Part shown: in pieces, positions 1 to 13,463 of the stretch
Numbering within the stretch: position 1 is the first letter of the stretch
Layout: the number at the start of each line of letters is the position of its first letter
NCBI RefSeq assembly: GCF_006345805.1
Contig: NC_043000.1
Location: 102,982,001 to 103,046,000, forward strand
Reading direction: 5' to 3'
DNA: 64,000 bases
From: Octopus sinensis
Taxonomy: Eukaryota
Made by a program: the position numbers and the translations under genes
The notes under the pieces: generated by a model
What the model was told of the DNA's origin: nothing
Database searches by the model: none
What the model saw: only the letters and a program-made list of their open reading frames with translations

Positions 1-1255
1 TACATATATCATCTGCCGTTTAGCTCGGGTCAGATCTCACTGAGCCGTTCTAAGATAATGATAATAACAAACTTCCACAACGACTGTTCGTCCTAAGGAA
101 GACGGAGTTCAAATTCAAATTGACACCGCGTTCTGTTTTGCAGATGACGGGATTGTCATTTGAGGCACAATTGGCTGTTATTTATTAGCAGGTTATTATG
201 ATTGTTGCACCGAAGACAGAGCTTTTTTCAGGTACGTCCGTCCCACTCATGATCGTCCATCCAATCTTTTTGCAAGCACTGCGTATCTAGGCATAATACT
301 AACCAATGCGTTTCTCCCTTTTCAAGTTGGTAGTGTATAGTTTGAGGGAATTTTGGCTACTATTTCTAGCAGGCTGAGTAGATGCTCCCTCAGATCAGTT
401 AATCCTGAACGGCTCACTGCAACAATTAACGTTGACTCGCTCACTAATCGTCAAAATACCACGGGATACACGAAAACAACAAACGTCAACAGTTCCCTTA
501 TTTTAACCTCCGCATATATTACTCGGAGATAGGGGTGAGCGTAATAAATAACCAAACGACTGACTGGCAGAATCGTTTTAGAGAGTCGAACAAAAATGAT
601 ATTTAGTTTCTTCCAAGTTGAAATCCACCGAGGTCAACTTTACCTTTCATTCTTACCGGCGTCGATGAAACGTAGTACGAAGTAAATCCTATAATGCGCA
701 TCCCAGATGTGAATTGAATTGAAAGAGATGGACGCGAATAGCACAACTGAAAAATAAACCCTCCATAACCACCTACCGAGTCACGAAGGACTAGAATTCA
801 AACATTCTTGACATGTTATGAGCAAGTACCAGAGAGATATCTTCTTACAATAGAACTAATGAACTTAAAGTGGGAAGAACCTTTACGCATTCGTTAGACC
901 TCCTATATTCCCCTCAAATCACTTCGTACAGAAAGGACGTTGTTAGGCAGAATACAAAAGCAGTATAGATCCAAAGAAGACAAAAAATTTGATTCCCCTT
1001 CCCCCTAAATAAAAAGAGAGAGGTGAGAGTTGATCAAAGAGCCTCTCTCTCGCGTGGGGTGGAAGAATCGCTGTGTTGAAGCAGGTGGAATCTTCATTCA
1101 GCCTCGATTACGGTAGTTTTCTGCCTGGTACGAAACTGGTTCCCCTTATATCTACATCAGCAGCTAAATTTTAATGTGCACACGAGAATCGCGCGCACAT
1201 TGAAAAAAGTAAATAAGACTTCGGAACAAAAAAAAAAAAATAACCTGCTGGCATA

Positions 1256-1854
1256 CCTACACAATTGTACCCCACCCCGATCTTGTTTCCTCATAACTTT
1301 CAGAAAAATGAATAGTTGTTAATGAAATTTTTTACAAATACACTTCAGATGGTGCACATTCCAATTATATCGGAATTTGTGAAAAAAATATTCTCTGTTG
1401 GTGTAGAGAAGAATTTCTGAAAATTCACATGTGTCGGTTTTATTTCCTCATAACTTTCAGAAAAACTGATATTTTGTTAGTGAAACGTTTTACAAATACC
1501 TTTAATATGGTGTAGATTACAATTATATTGGCATTTAATACGAAGAAGAAAATTGGTGGATTCGCACACAAACACACATCACATAACAAAATGAAACTTG
1601 AAATCTAGAAAAAAAATTTTATGTATGAGTGCATGCTTAACAATTTTTCCTATTTACAAAGCCGAATCATGCACATTTTCTCTAACTTTTCTCTCCATCC
1701 CCACGGGAAATTTTTTTTTTTTTCACAACAAATTCCGATAAAAACGGGATCTAAAACCATCTTCAGTGTATTTGTAGCAAATTTCATAGAAAAATATCTA
1801 TTTTTCTGGAAATTACGAGGAGACAAAATCGGGTGGGGTACACACTTTTGTAGG
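1256..1854. mobile_element. MITE with ~100-bp imperfect TIRs and TA flanks (Tc1/mariner-like, non-autonomous)
   Basis: Left end CCTACACAATTGTACCCCACCCCGATCTTG... matches the reverse complement of the right end ...AAAATCGGGTGGGGTACACACTTTTGTAGG. TA lies on both sides. A third partial TIR copy sits at ~1430-1530. Confidence 0.75.
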
Positions 1855-2264
1855 TATGTTAATCTACTTAACTGGTGCTAAACGGATTTAAACAGCATCC
1901 AACGGTGAAAGCGCGACCAATTGAATTCATAGAATACAACGAAAGAACTCATGATTGTCGATTTAGCCCTAGATGAACCCCAATAAAATGGACCATTTGG
2001 ATCGAAAACATTCAAACCGTTACAACGCAGCCTTCAAATTCATACGGCAGTAACGTTAGTTTTCCTGTAACGCTTTAACAGAGTCGCAGTAAAAACACGC
2101 CAGGAGACCAAGCTACTCTCAGGAATTTTTTAGCACACTTTCTCAGTTTCTCTTGCAACAGTATTTCATGCACTTGAAGTTGCCATGAGAGCCTCGGCAA
2201 AAGGCCATGTTAATAAAACCGCACCTTAACTTCCCTGCCAAACCGCATACTATTATGTGTGCGC

Positions 2265-2498
2265 GCATATATTTATATTCATATATATGTATATAGATAT
2301 ATGTATGTATGTATATATATATATACATATAATAATATATATATATATATACATATAATAATATATATATATAATATATATATTATATATATACATATAA
2401 TATATATATATATATATAATATATATATATATATATTATATATATAATATATAATATATAATATATATATATATATATTATATATATATACATATATA

Positions 2499-2542
<44 letters not shown>

Positions 2543-3043
2543 TATAATATATATATATATACATATATATTATATATATACATATAATATATATATAATA
2601 TATATAATATACATATAATATATATACATATATAATATATATATACTCTTTTACTCTTTTACTTGTTTCAGTCATTTGACTGCGGCCATGCTGGAGCACC
2701 ACCTTTTAGTACTTATTCTATCGGTCTCTTTTTGCCGAACCGCTAAGTGACGGGGACGTAAACACACCAGCATCGGTTGTCAAGCAATGCTAGGGGGACA
2801 AACACAGACACACAAACACACACATATACATATATATACATATATACGACAGGCTTCTTTCAGTTTCCGTCTACCAAATCCACTCACAAGGCATTGGTCG
2901 GCCCGGGGCTATAGTAGAAGACACTTGCCCAAGACGCCACGCAGTGGGACTGAACCCGCAACCGTGTGGTTGGTTAGCAAGCTACTTACCACACAGCCAC
3001 TCCTGCGCCTATACATATAATATATATATACATATAATATATA

Positions 3044-3083
<40 letters not shown>

Positions 3084-3089
3084 TATATA

Positions 3090-3121
<32 letters not shown>

Positions 3122-3290
3122 ACATACATATATATATATATATATATTATATTATATACATACATATATATATATACATACATATATATATACATACATA
3201 TATATATATATATACATACATATATATATATATATACATATAGATATATATATATATATATTATATATTATATATATATATATATATGAG
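2265..3290. repeat. (TA)n/(TACA)n compound microsatellite interrupted by a SINE
   Basis: Direct inspection; source of the YI/IY pseudo-ORFs. Confidence 0.95.
2646..3010 (-). mobile_element. tRNA-derived CORE-type SINE (family A), near full length
   Basis: Reverse complement of the copy at 51021-51441. Head GGAGTGGCTGTGTGGTAAG...CGGGTTCAGTCCC, CORE-like TTGGGCAAGTGTCTTCT, internal microsatellite, 3' end CCAGCATGGCCGCAGTCAAATGACTGAAACAAGTAAAAGA. Confidence 0.85.
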
Positions 3291-3868
3291 AGAGCGAGAG
3301 AGCAAACAAAAAATTGAAAATTATTCATAAAATTTTTAAACAAATGGACTTAACCATTGATGTTCCAAGGATTGTGTTTCTTCGGATTATGAGCGTAGAA
3401 TGGAAAGGAAGGAAGAGGGGAAGGATGACAAGTTTTAAGAAAGAAAGAAAAGGAAAGAACAATCTAAGCGAAAATGGCTGCGCGAAGGTTGGCCAACCTG
3501 ATGGCTGTATGTACGTATGTGTGTATACATATCTTTTATCTTTTACTTGTTACAGTCATTGGACTGCGGCCATGCTGGGTTTAGTCGAATGAATCGACCC
3601 CCACTACTTATTCTATCTGTCTCTGGAAGACAAACAGACACAAAGACACACACATACTCATATACATATACACGCAAACATACATACATATACGTGTAGA
3701 ATCGCTACAGCATATTCTTAGAAAGCTAGTATATAGCTTTTAGGATCTTCTCTTAATGGGAAGATCTGGAAACAGATCTCTGACTTGTTTTGGAAAATTT
3801 GTTGCAGTTGTTTCCTCCAGAGTCATATCCCAATGATGACATATTCGTTGCAAAAAAATCATGTGGAA

Positions 3869-4135
3869 AAAAAATCGCAGTAACGAAAACATAGGAATCC
3901 AAAATTTCAGGATTGCAGGTCCGGATTCGACCCGTAATGTTTTTATTTAATTTACTCACGGAGTTAGCCTCTAGATTATAAAAATTGTTATCGTACAAAA
4001 AAAATTTGACTGAAAAAGTCACGTAAAAAAATCGCAGAAAACAATCACAGTAATGAAAACTTGGGAATCCAAAATTTCAGGATTGTGGGTCCGGATTCGA
4101 TCCCGTTAATGTTTTAATTTACTCACGGAGTCAGC
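3869..4135. repeat. Two imperfect direct copies of a ~100-bp unit
   Basis: AAAAAAATCGCAG...GGAATCCAAAATTTCAGGATTG(C/T)(A/G)GGTCCGGATTCGA...TTTACTCACGGAGT at ~3869-3967 and ~4025-4135. Confidence 0.8.
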
Positions 4136-4226
4136 TTGAATCAAAATGGTATGATATGTTGAACTACGGCCTCTAGGAGTAAAGTTGAAAAAGTGTGACA
4201 CATTGACATTCACATTTATTATATTA

Positions 4227-4412
4227 AGGCGACGAGCAGGCAGAATCGTTATCACGCCGGGCGAAATGTTCAGCGGCATTTCGCCCGTCTTTACGTTCTG
4301 TGTTCGATTTTTGCCTTTCATCCTTTCGGGGTTGATAAAATTAGCACCTGTTACGTACTGGAACCGACTTAATCCCTTCCTCCAAAATTTGAGGTATTGT
4401 GCTTCCAGTAAA
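4227..4412 (+). mobile_element. tRNA-derived SINE family B, tail type 1
   Basis: Head AAGGCGACGAGCAGGCAGAATCGTTA, central TTTGCCTTTCATCCTTTCGGGGTTGATAAAA; homologous to copies at 30.2, 30.4 and 38.0 kb. Confidence 0.8.
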
Positions 4413-5749
4413 AATGCTTTATTAAAGTTGAAAAAGTGTGAAACACTGACATTTGCATGTATCACATATGTTTAATTTTAGGGAAATTTTTATTTCAAAG
4501 TGTATTTTATATGTGTGTGTGTATTAAAGAAAGCAAAAAATAAAACAAAAATGATAGTGTTCAGTATGTTGGCGACAGAAATTTCTGTCAAAGAGACACG
4601 GTTAAAGAAAGTCGTGCATCATATCACTCTTTCTCTCTCTTTCATTATTTCTCCCACTACCAGCACCCCTCCACTTTAGCAAATACTGTAAGCGAGGTAA
4701 CCAAACCTTCTTCAATCAACGAACAAACCGATTTCCCCTCCAAGCCCTCTAGTTTGTGTTACGTAATCTTTGTCGTACTTCAAAATGTGTGTGGACTGAT
4801 TAATGGTGACGACGTTGGCTATGTAAGCAGAAACCATCCTCCTATCCACCAGGTTAAGTTGGAATCTTGTTGTTGTTGAGTAGTGGACATAATCCATCAC
4901 TAGGTTTAATACCTTATTTAGGCACTTTGGGTGCCTTTAGCAAAATCCACTCTGTTACAAGAGTTCGGACTAGGCCTCAGGTTTGAGGATAAGCAGCTTT
5001 ATAAACACATGGTTTCTTCCCTTTTCTTCACTAGTCTCCGAGATACTGAAATGGTCATGGGTACTATCCTAATTCACCTGGCTGAGCCATAGAACAATAT
5101 TTAATTTAATATTACCATTTAGATTTAATGTATGGAGCATTTAACGTAATTAATGAAGGCTAATAAGCAATATTTATGCAGCAAGAGAAAATTAGGTCAA
5201 TGACTTATTTTAATAATTTCGGCAAGTACGAGAGATAACTCGGGACATGTTTTGGCATTATTATGAACTCGACAGCGAAGCACTGAACCCCCGCGTACTT
5301 CCTGTATTTGTGATGGGAGAATCCCCAAGTAAATGTCTCAGAACAATTGGTTGATATGGAATACTGGAAATGTTTAAAATGACTCATTCATGCTCGCTTT
5401 TCACGGTAAAGCCAGACATACGTATAATTGGTTTGCATGAGGAAAAAGAAAAGTCTTACATTTCATGTATAACTGAACCGTGACTTCAGGATATATGCAT
5501 ATCGGACTGACTGCGTAGTACTGAGTGAAAACGACTCCTTCAAGTGGCTATTTTTAATTAGTTTATTTATTTATTTTTAGAATATTACTGAGCGTTTAAA
5601 ACGACTATTTTACGCCCGCGTAACCAGAAAATCACAGTAACGTCAAAGCGAAATTGAAATAAGATGAATTAAAACTAAACAGCGCAGCTCGAAATGCGGT
5701 TTATACAGTTTCTTACTCTGCCGAGCTTTACCGAGAACTTAAATGGCGG

Positions 5750-6050
5750 GGGGGGGGGTACTGGTTCACGTAACATCAAGCTGCTCACACACCAGTGACC
5801 TGTTGTGTCACTTGCCTAGGTACCTACCAGCTCTTCTCCATATCTTTTATGCCTTACCCACAGAACCAATCATCTGCTATTCGACCCCCAAAATGGGGCC
5901 TATGACAAGTACTACCACCTCGCGTCTAAGCGGACCTGAAAATTACTAAGGGTAGGTAACTCCATACTCCTCAAAACTGAACTCCCGAGCCCAGAACCTC
6001 ATCACCAGCTGCAAGCTAGTGTCTCTTGCCAGGAAATTACATAGTTTCAG
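5750..6050 (-). mobile_element. Possible highly degraded CR1/L2-type LINE RT C-terminal fragment
   Basis: Broken-frame resemblance to the RPxLEY...KDxEKLE region; many stops and frameshifts. Confidence 0.3.
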
Positions 6051-6333
6051 GACAACTTTAACGTAATGAATCTAAACTAGAACATTTTCTTAAATATGGA
6101 AAAACAACACACACACACAAAAAAAAAAAAACTGTCATTGTTTAGTTCCAAATTCAGCACTAATCGAACCCACGGTGAAATACATTTCTTGCAGTAGTGA
6201 CCATCTTATTTCCTCTGGGGCACATTCAATGTGCCCTAACTCCCTTAATATGGCCAAGTGTGACATGGAAATTTGCTTGTTATTATTAGCAGATCGAGTG
6301 ACGTGTAGATGCTCCACCTTTAGTTGTCTAGAC

Positions 6334-6507
6334 CAGTGCTCCGCAACCTTTTTCACTTGTGTCCTTTTCAAAATTCGGCGGCACACCTGAACTAAAGATG
6401 TAACTAAAAGTATAGGGGGAAAAATTATATTCAGGTTACACTGCGGCACATCTAGCATCCTCTCGTGGCACACCAGTGTGCCGCGGCATACTTGTTGCGG
6501 AGCATTG
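6334..6507. mobile_element. hAT-type (Charlie-like) MITE
   Basis: TIRs CAGTGCTCCGCAAC / GTTGCGGAGCATTG; 8-bp TSD GTCTAGAC / GTCAAGAC. Confidence 0.85.
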
Positions 6508-6530
6508 GTCAAGACGAAGTAACATCCTCG

Positions 6531-6808
6531 GGTACTACTTAAGAAGAGTGGTCCCGGTGCGCGCACTCGCGTACCCGCGCTAGCTAGTCGTGACTAGACG
6601 ATCCTTACTTTGTGTTTTTGTGTTTTATTTACTTTGTTTAAAAATTATTTACTTTGTGTTTTATTCACTTTGTTTAAAAAAATTATTTATTTTGTGTTTT
6701 ATTTACATTGCTAGGTAGTCGTTGTAGGATCGACTAGTCACGACTAGCTAGCGCGGATGCGCGAGTACGCGAGTGCACGCACCAGGACCACTCTTCTTAA
6801 GTAGTACC
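6531..6808. mobile_element. MITE with ~75-bp GC-rich TIRs starting GGTAC and an 8-9-bp TSD (Merlin- or Mutator-like)
   Basis: GGTACTACTTAAGAAGAGTGGTCC... / ...GGACCACTCTTCTTAAGTAGTACC; flanks ACATCCTCG / ACATCCTCA; T-rich tandem core. Confidence 0.85.
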
Positions 6809-7362
6809 ACATCCTCATACATTAAAACAAAAAAAAGATAAAGCAGAGCTATCGAGAGAACCTCTGCTCCAGGAATAAGGGATCTCTACAGATGGGTTAA
6901 AAAATTTGAAGCTACGCACAGCTGAAGATCCTAAAACCTAATGGAAAAATAAACAGCAAAAAGAAAAAAAATAATAATAACAATAATAATAAAAACGTCT
7001 AAACCTTTAGTCTAACCCAACGGTTCTCAACCAGGTTCCATGTGACCCTTAAGGGTTCACATAAGATTTTGTTGATAAACTATATCAGCAACAGACTGGT
7101 TACATCAAATATTTTAACAATTTTTGAAATACAATTCCTCATGATATTTAATTTTACAAATATAATAGGATTTTTGAAAGATCAAATGGTTAGGAGGATC
7201 CATCTGAGTAAAATAGCAACTCACTGATCCAAACCATAGCAGTAATTTACGGGAATTTATTTGTAAAATTAAGAATTCATTATTTTTCTCCGTATCGAGG
7301 CTCATCACCCCTCCCGTTCTTACACACACATATACAAATGTTCTTATCACAGCTCTGTAGAC

Positions 7363-7541
7363 CAGTGCTTTTCAAACTTTTTGCTGGAGCGGGACCCCAA
7401 GGAAACATTCCGCTGGCTCGAGGAACCCCTGTGCAATAATTTAATAGTCTTATGCACACATATCTGCACAGGAGACTGAAAAATTACTGCCGATTTTAGC
7501 AGTTTTGTAACTTCTTGCGGAACCCAGGTTGAAAACCACTG
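7363..7541. mobile_element. hAT-type MITE
   Basis: TIRs CAGTGCTTTTCAAAC / GGTTGAAAACCACTG; perfect 8-bp TSD CTGTAGAC. Confidence 0.9.
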
Positions 7542-7914
7542 CTGTAGACAATCACTTGACCTACTAGAAACAGCAGTTGGATGTCTTTCAGATCACGCTC
7601 CACCGTCTTTAGAAAGGAATCACACAGGATGATGCATTGAACAGCATGGAAGAAGGGGAGGAGGAGGTGATGACATGATTTAAGTAGTGACTATAAACCG
7701 AGACCCGCTCAAACAGTTTTTCTTAAACAGCTACTGTATCTTCGATGCTATTGCTCCTTCTCGATCATGGCTGACAATCTACGATTAAACAACAAAGATC
7801 AGCTACATTTCCAAGAAGACTTAAGTGCTACCTACGATGAAATGCAAAAGATTCTCCCTTTCAAATCGTTTGACTTCAATTTTTAGAAAAAGTCACTAAA
7901 CATTTCCTTTTAGC

Positions 7915-8225
7915 TTTTGTTTTAGTCATTAGACTGCGGCCATGCTGGCACACAGCCTTGAAGAATTTTAGTCGAGCGAATCAATCAAGATACTTCATTC
8001 TATCGGTTGTCTTTTGCCGAACCGCTAAGTTACGGGAACGTAAACTCACCAACACCGGTGGGGGAAGAAAGACAAACACACACGGGATTCTTTCAGTTTC
8101 CGTCTTGTTTTGTTGGTCAGACCGAGACTATAGTAGAAAATAATCCCCAATGTGCAACGCAGAAGGACCGAACCCGAAGTCGTGTGTTTGGGAAGCAAAC
8201 TTCTTACCACACGGCCACGTCTTTA
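7915..8225 (-). mobile_element. SINE family A copy (diverged)
   Basis: GACTGCGGCCATGCTGG...GCCGAACCGCTAAGTTACGG...CTATAGTAGAA similarity to 2646-3010. Confidence 0.75.
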
Positions 8226-8726
8226 CCCGTTTATTCATGAGTGCTTTAAATAAATAAAACTTTTTTTCTTTTTAAATCTATCACAACAGTATCAAGTTCA
8301 GTTCAAATGCACCTATATATATATACACGTGGGTGTGTTATTCAATTATTTAGTTGTATGACAGTGCAACACATACACATATGTTAATATACAACATCTA
8401 TTAACATATGCTTAGCTGTCTAACTTCTTTATTAGTCATGTTTAACTACTGAAATAATTGAAGTAGAGATTTTATTAAATCAAAGCTGAAAAGATTAATT
8501 CTTAAGTATGTTTTAAATTCATTTATTTTCTTATACATACATATATATATAGAGAGTGGAGGAAGGGATTCGCGCACACATACACATGCAGAAAAGATTT
8601 CACGCTGTAGAGAAAATAAAATTTCTGCAATATCATATTATCCATTATCAGCTGTAATATTTGATTTTCAATAATATACTATCCCGACCAAAGATATCTG
8701 TAGCTTGCAACATAGCTACAACAGTC

Positions 8727-8732
8727 CATATG

Positions 8733-8775
<43 letters not shown>

Positions 8776-8807
8776 ATAAATATAAATATATATATAAATA
8801 TAAATAT

Positions 8808-8840
<33 letters not shown>

Positions 8841-8894
8841 ATATAAATATATATATATAAATATAATATATATAAATATATATAATATAAATAT

Positions 8895-8925
<31 letters not shown>

Positions 8926-9127
8926 AATATAAATAATATATAAATATAAATATATAATATAAATATAAATATATACATATATATAAATATATACATATAT
9001 ATAAATATAAATATATATATTAAATATAAATATATATATAAATAAAATATATATATATATTATATATAAATATATATATAAAATATATATATTATATAAA
9101 TATAAATATATATATAAATATAAATAT

Positions 9128-9158
<31 letters not shown>

Positions 9159-9160
9159 AT

Positions 9161-9191
<31 letters not shown>

Positions 9192-9536
9192 AATATATAT
9201 TATATATAAATATATATATATATAAATTATATATATATATAAATATATATATAAATATAAATATATATATATAAATATAAATATATATATAAATATAAAT
9301 ATATACATATATATAAAATATAACATATATATAAATATAAATAATATATAAATATATATAAATATATACATATATATAAATATAAATATATACATATATA
9401 TAAATATAAATATATATAAATATATATATATAAATATAAATATATATATATATAAATATATACATATATATAAATATATACATATAATAAATATATACAT
9501 ATATAAATATACATATATATAAATATATACATATAT

Positions 9537-9573
<37 letters not shown>
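8727..9573. repeat. Long degenerate (TA)n/(TATAAA)n microsatellite
   Basis: Direct inspection. Confidence 0.95.
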
Positions 9574-10872
9574 CCCGCCATCATAACAAGGTCAAAGGTC
9601 TGTCGATAGGGCTTATAAGCCCATAGCTACTATATAACAGGAAGAGGGGTGGCAGAATAGTATGAGAACTAAGCTATACTTACCTACATCGTATGCATGA
9701 ACATATATATATATATATATACATAAACGCATACACACATACGTAAGAATAGAGATTAACGGGTAGCAGAGCTATATGTGCAACACAACTAATAGTACAA
9801 ATATCTGGAAAACGAATAAAAATTTGACAGTTATTTTTATGGGTAGAGGAAAGGAAAATAGGTCTCCCTTGTCAATCACCACTTAAACATATAAATTATA
9901 TTATCTAATGCATAAAATTATATATAACTTTACATTACCATGAATTTTATTTATATTCGGGAATATGATGTAAGAAATAGTGAACTACTGTAGTTTATAT
10001 GATCCACAGAAGTAAAGCCACAAACACACACACAAGGACTATAAAGCGTAACAAGAATCTATAGGTCGAAGATTCGTTTTACTGGGAACTCGGCGGCATA
10101 TGGTTACTACCACATACGCATACACACGCGGTGTGTGTGTGTGAGCGTGTGTGTTAGCGAAGGAGAGACTGTGTGGGGAGTAACACAGATCTCACTCACG
10201 ATTAAAATGATATAATTAAATCCTTTAATCCGATTATTTAATGTTATCATTTTGAAAGTCATTTTTGCTTGTCGCTTGTGTAGGGAGATCACGTTTTAAA
10301 TATTTACTTCGAAAGAGAAAAAAAAAAAAGTACTCCTGTTCAAACATAATCTTAAAGGGGAGCCAAATTTTGGCTAACTCTTCACTTTACAAAATAAGGC
10401 CCCATTAAATAATGGCCATCTATTGCCTAAATGATAAATCAAAGCTATTCTTTTTACTATAATTACGAGGTGCATTGTGGAGTTAATTTACCTGAATTGT
10501 CATTTTAGAATAGAGACAACCATTTGGGAAAGGCATGCACGACTCCAATGCCTTCCACATACAGACATATTGCACCACTGACATAACAAATATTTAACTA
10601 AATTTAATATCAGACAGAGGAAAAAATATATTTACTACCTCTCACTTTATTTGTACTTTGTACAAAAAATGAACGGGTGTATATTTATATGATGAAAATG
10701 TATGTATGTATACACACACACAAGGACAATAAATTCAAATAAACAGATAACCATGGGTTTTAACGTATAAAAAATATATTGCATGCATAGGTATATATAT
10801 ATATACACACATATATATATATATACATATATATGTATGTATGTAGAGAGGAAGAATTATTTATTACCCCCC

Positions 10873-10904
<32 letters not shown>

Positions 10905-11329
10905 TATATACACACACACACACACACACAAACATTATGTGGTTACAAATTCATTAACTGGAAGTAATAAAAGCTCGCTTATAACGAGCTTCATTTTCAA
11001 TTAATGAATATGTAAATAAAATTCGAGATATTCAGAGAGAACTTACTGTAATGAGTATTTATAATAAATTTTGGGCATAAAAATCTATTTAATAGGTTAT
11101 CGACAAATTAAATGCATTGTGTCATTTAAGTGAAATAACATCACTGTCATATAATAAAATGATGCCCCACTGTTGAATTGATCCGTAAATAATATGGCAT
11201 CAAATGATAAAATAGTCATAAGATAATTGCATTTCGTTATATACACATAATTGTTCAGTAAGCTTCGCGAATGACTTAACACGGACGTGTAACATTAGAA
11301 ACACACACGTTATGATTCAGTCTTTGGAC

Positions 11330-11620
11330 GGCAGCCATACTGGAGCATCACATTGAGGGGTTAGTCGAAGAAATCGACACCCAAATTTTATTACTTTCTT
11401 TTTCAGTGTCCAATACCTTATTCTATTGGTCCCTTTTGCCCAACTGCCAAATTACAGGGGCGTAAACAAACCAGCACCGAATGTCAAGCGATGGTAGTAA
11501 GACACACACACACACACAAGACGAGCTTCTTCCAGTTTGTCAACCAACGGCGCTATAGTAGAAGACACCCAAGGTCCCACAGAATGTGACAGAACACAAA
11601 ACCAGATTGGGAAAGCCTGC
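11330..11620 (-). mobile_element. SINE family A copy (diverged)
   Basis: Similarity to the family A 3' half and CORE-like region. Confidence 0.7.
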
Positions 11621-11700
11621 GCCTTAAAATGGATAAACATAATGCATTCATCTACGTACATTATTGTATCTCGAACTTGTATACAGCTGGAACTAATGAA

Positions 11701-12246
11701 GGCAAGACTTCCTTTTGTACCTCCCACCAAAAAAAAAACACCCCTTTTTTATTTATTTATTTTTGTTTTCTACACAAACCCCCGTTTTCGGCTATGGAAA
11801 ATATGAATCTGCAAAAAAATTGGCAAAAATCGGCATTTTCAAATTACACCCCCCACCCCCAATTCTTCATTTTAAACTATTTTCAGAAAAATTTTTTTCC
11901 AAATTATATGCGGAAAAATACTGAGATTATGATTCTGAAAAAAATTTCCCAAAATTTTTGTAAATTTTTTTTTTTTGTCAAAATACGCGGAAAAATACGG
12001 AGATTATGATTCTGAAAAAAATTTCGAAAAATGTTTCTACTTTGAGTTAAGGTTACGGTTACTGTTAGGGTTAGAGTGTTAGGGTTACGGGAAAAAAGTG
12101 AAAAATGAAGAAATTGGAGGTGGGGTGGGCAGACATTTCAAAATTCCAATTTTGGGCAATTTCCCGGAATCTCCGTATCCGAAAACGTGGGTTCTTGGTG
12201 GGGGGGAAACAATAATTTGCGAGAAAACTGGGGGGGGGGTCTTTCC
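11701..12246. mobile_element. Foldback MITE with long degenerate TIRs, internal tandem units and telomere-like TTAGGG repeats
   Basis: Termini GGCAAGAC / GTCTTTCC. Inverted matches CCCCCCACCCCCAATTCTTCATTTT / AAAATGAAGAAATTGGAGGTGGGGTGGG and CCCGTTTTCGG / CCGAAAACGTGGG. Flanks CTAATGAA / TTAATGAT. GTTAGGGTTAG motifs at ~12050-12090. Confidence 0.65.
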
Positions 12247-12277
12247 TTAATGATAAGAAGTAAAGGCCAAAGTTTCT

Positions 12278-12535
12278 TCAAACTCCACCCTTACTGTCAC
12301 TGAAAAAACATGAATGACGTATCGGGCTAACGAGGAAACCCTCAAAGTGTGCCACTGAACTTGCTAGAAGAAGCTGCCAAATCTCCATCAAATTATGTAT
12401 ACCGTCCTTAACTATTTCCTTGTCAAGAGCATTTTCATAAGTTTGTCCTAAACGTCCATGCTTGTTTTCAGACTCCTTGCAAGCCCTTGTTTCATACGCT
12501 CTAAATAATATAAAGCTTTCTTTTCGTAAGTCTGA
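12278..12535 (-). CDS. Possible coding exon, unknown product (LRKESFILFRAYETRACKESENKHGRLGQTYENALDKEIVKD...)
   Basis: Strong pyrimidine-rich acceptor (...CATTCTTTTTCAATCTCTATAATAACTTCAG) followed by ~85 open codons in non-repetitive sequence; no recognisable homology. Confidence 0.25.
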   Translation of the reverse strand, partial: SDLRKESFILFRAYETRACKESENKHGRLGQTYENALDKEIVKDGIHNLMEIWQLLLASSVAHFEGFLVSPIRHSCFFSDSKGGV

Positions 12536-13237
12536 AGTTATTATAGAGATTGAAAAAGAATGTGGGAAAAAAAAAAAGGGATTTGCGATGCAGAGGTGCC
12601 AGAGAAATGTCCTATGTATCACATGACACACAGGATGGGCAAATAGTTAAAAACAGGGAGAGGAACAATACATTGAGTATCTAAAAAAAATAAAAGAAAC
12701 AAACATAATAATGAAGTCCATTGCCAGAAGAATAAGTAGGGGGCGGTCACGGTTGGCGCACCTTTTATCATAGTTCAACTGGAGGTTTAACAAGGAAAGA
12801 GAATGAGTGAAACAACAGAGCAAATTGCATGATTGTTGTTTAACCCAAGGTCAGTCTTGACCAAGTAAGCCTACGATCAAAGACTTCTAGCCGTGATCAT
12901 CCGTCTTTTCAGTCAGTAGGCGACTTTGGTTGACTCAAACTCAAATGAAAATCAATCGAAAGCATACGATTTTTATCATTAAGTTTCACATAATCCGGAT
13001 TTTACCATTTCACAAAACGATGAAAAAAGGAGAAAATACTTTTGAGGCTTATTTTCCCTATTAATTTCTTTAAAAGGAAAAATCCATGAACTCAAAACGA
13101 CCGAAGTTAGAGTAAACCGATATTTATTTTAAATGACCCTAGGAGAAGAAACGACAAAATCGAGACTTCCGTGAGATTTGAAAGGAGATAATAAAACACC
13201 GCAAGACGTTCTGATCTACCCATAACGTTGCTTAATA

Positions 13238-13463
13238 CAGTAATCCCTCTCCATATAGCGCACTCAGTACATCGCGGATTTTTCTGGCAATTATATGTAA
13301 ATTTATATCGCGGATTTTTCTGACAATTATATGTAAATTTATATCGCGGATTCCTCAGTATATCCGGGTTTCTGCGGCCGATAAGTATTTATTTTTTTTA
13401 GATTTTAATTATTTCTGTGGGAAGTTTAGGAACACAACACCCGCGATAATCGAGGGATTACTA
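13238..13463. mobile_element. Tigger/pogo-like MITE
   Basis: TA|CAGTAATCCCTC ... GAGGGATTACTA|TA; internal tandem ~37-bp ATCGCGGATTTTTCTG(G/A)CAATTATATGTAAATTTAT. Confidence 0.8.

Noticed and set aside
2143-3343. Many YI/IY-, HT- and VC-rich ORFs here and at 8.7-9.6, 38.6-38.9, 52.1-52.4 and 59.9-60.2 kb
   Set aside because: Translations of (TA)n, (CA)n and (TACA)n microsatellites
4712-5387. Short ORFs in unique sequence (also ~7770-7890, 16007-16207 and 31885-31950)
   Set aside because: No recognisable homology or consistent splice chain; compatible with chance
12050-12090. TTAGGG-like tract as a chromosome end or fusion site
   Set aside because: Short, degenerate and internal to a foldback element
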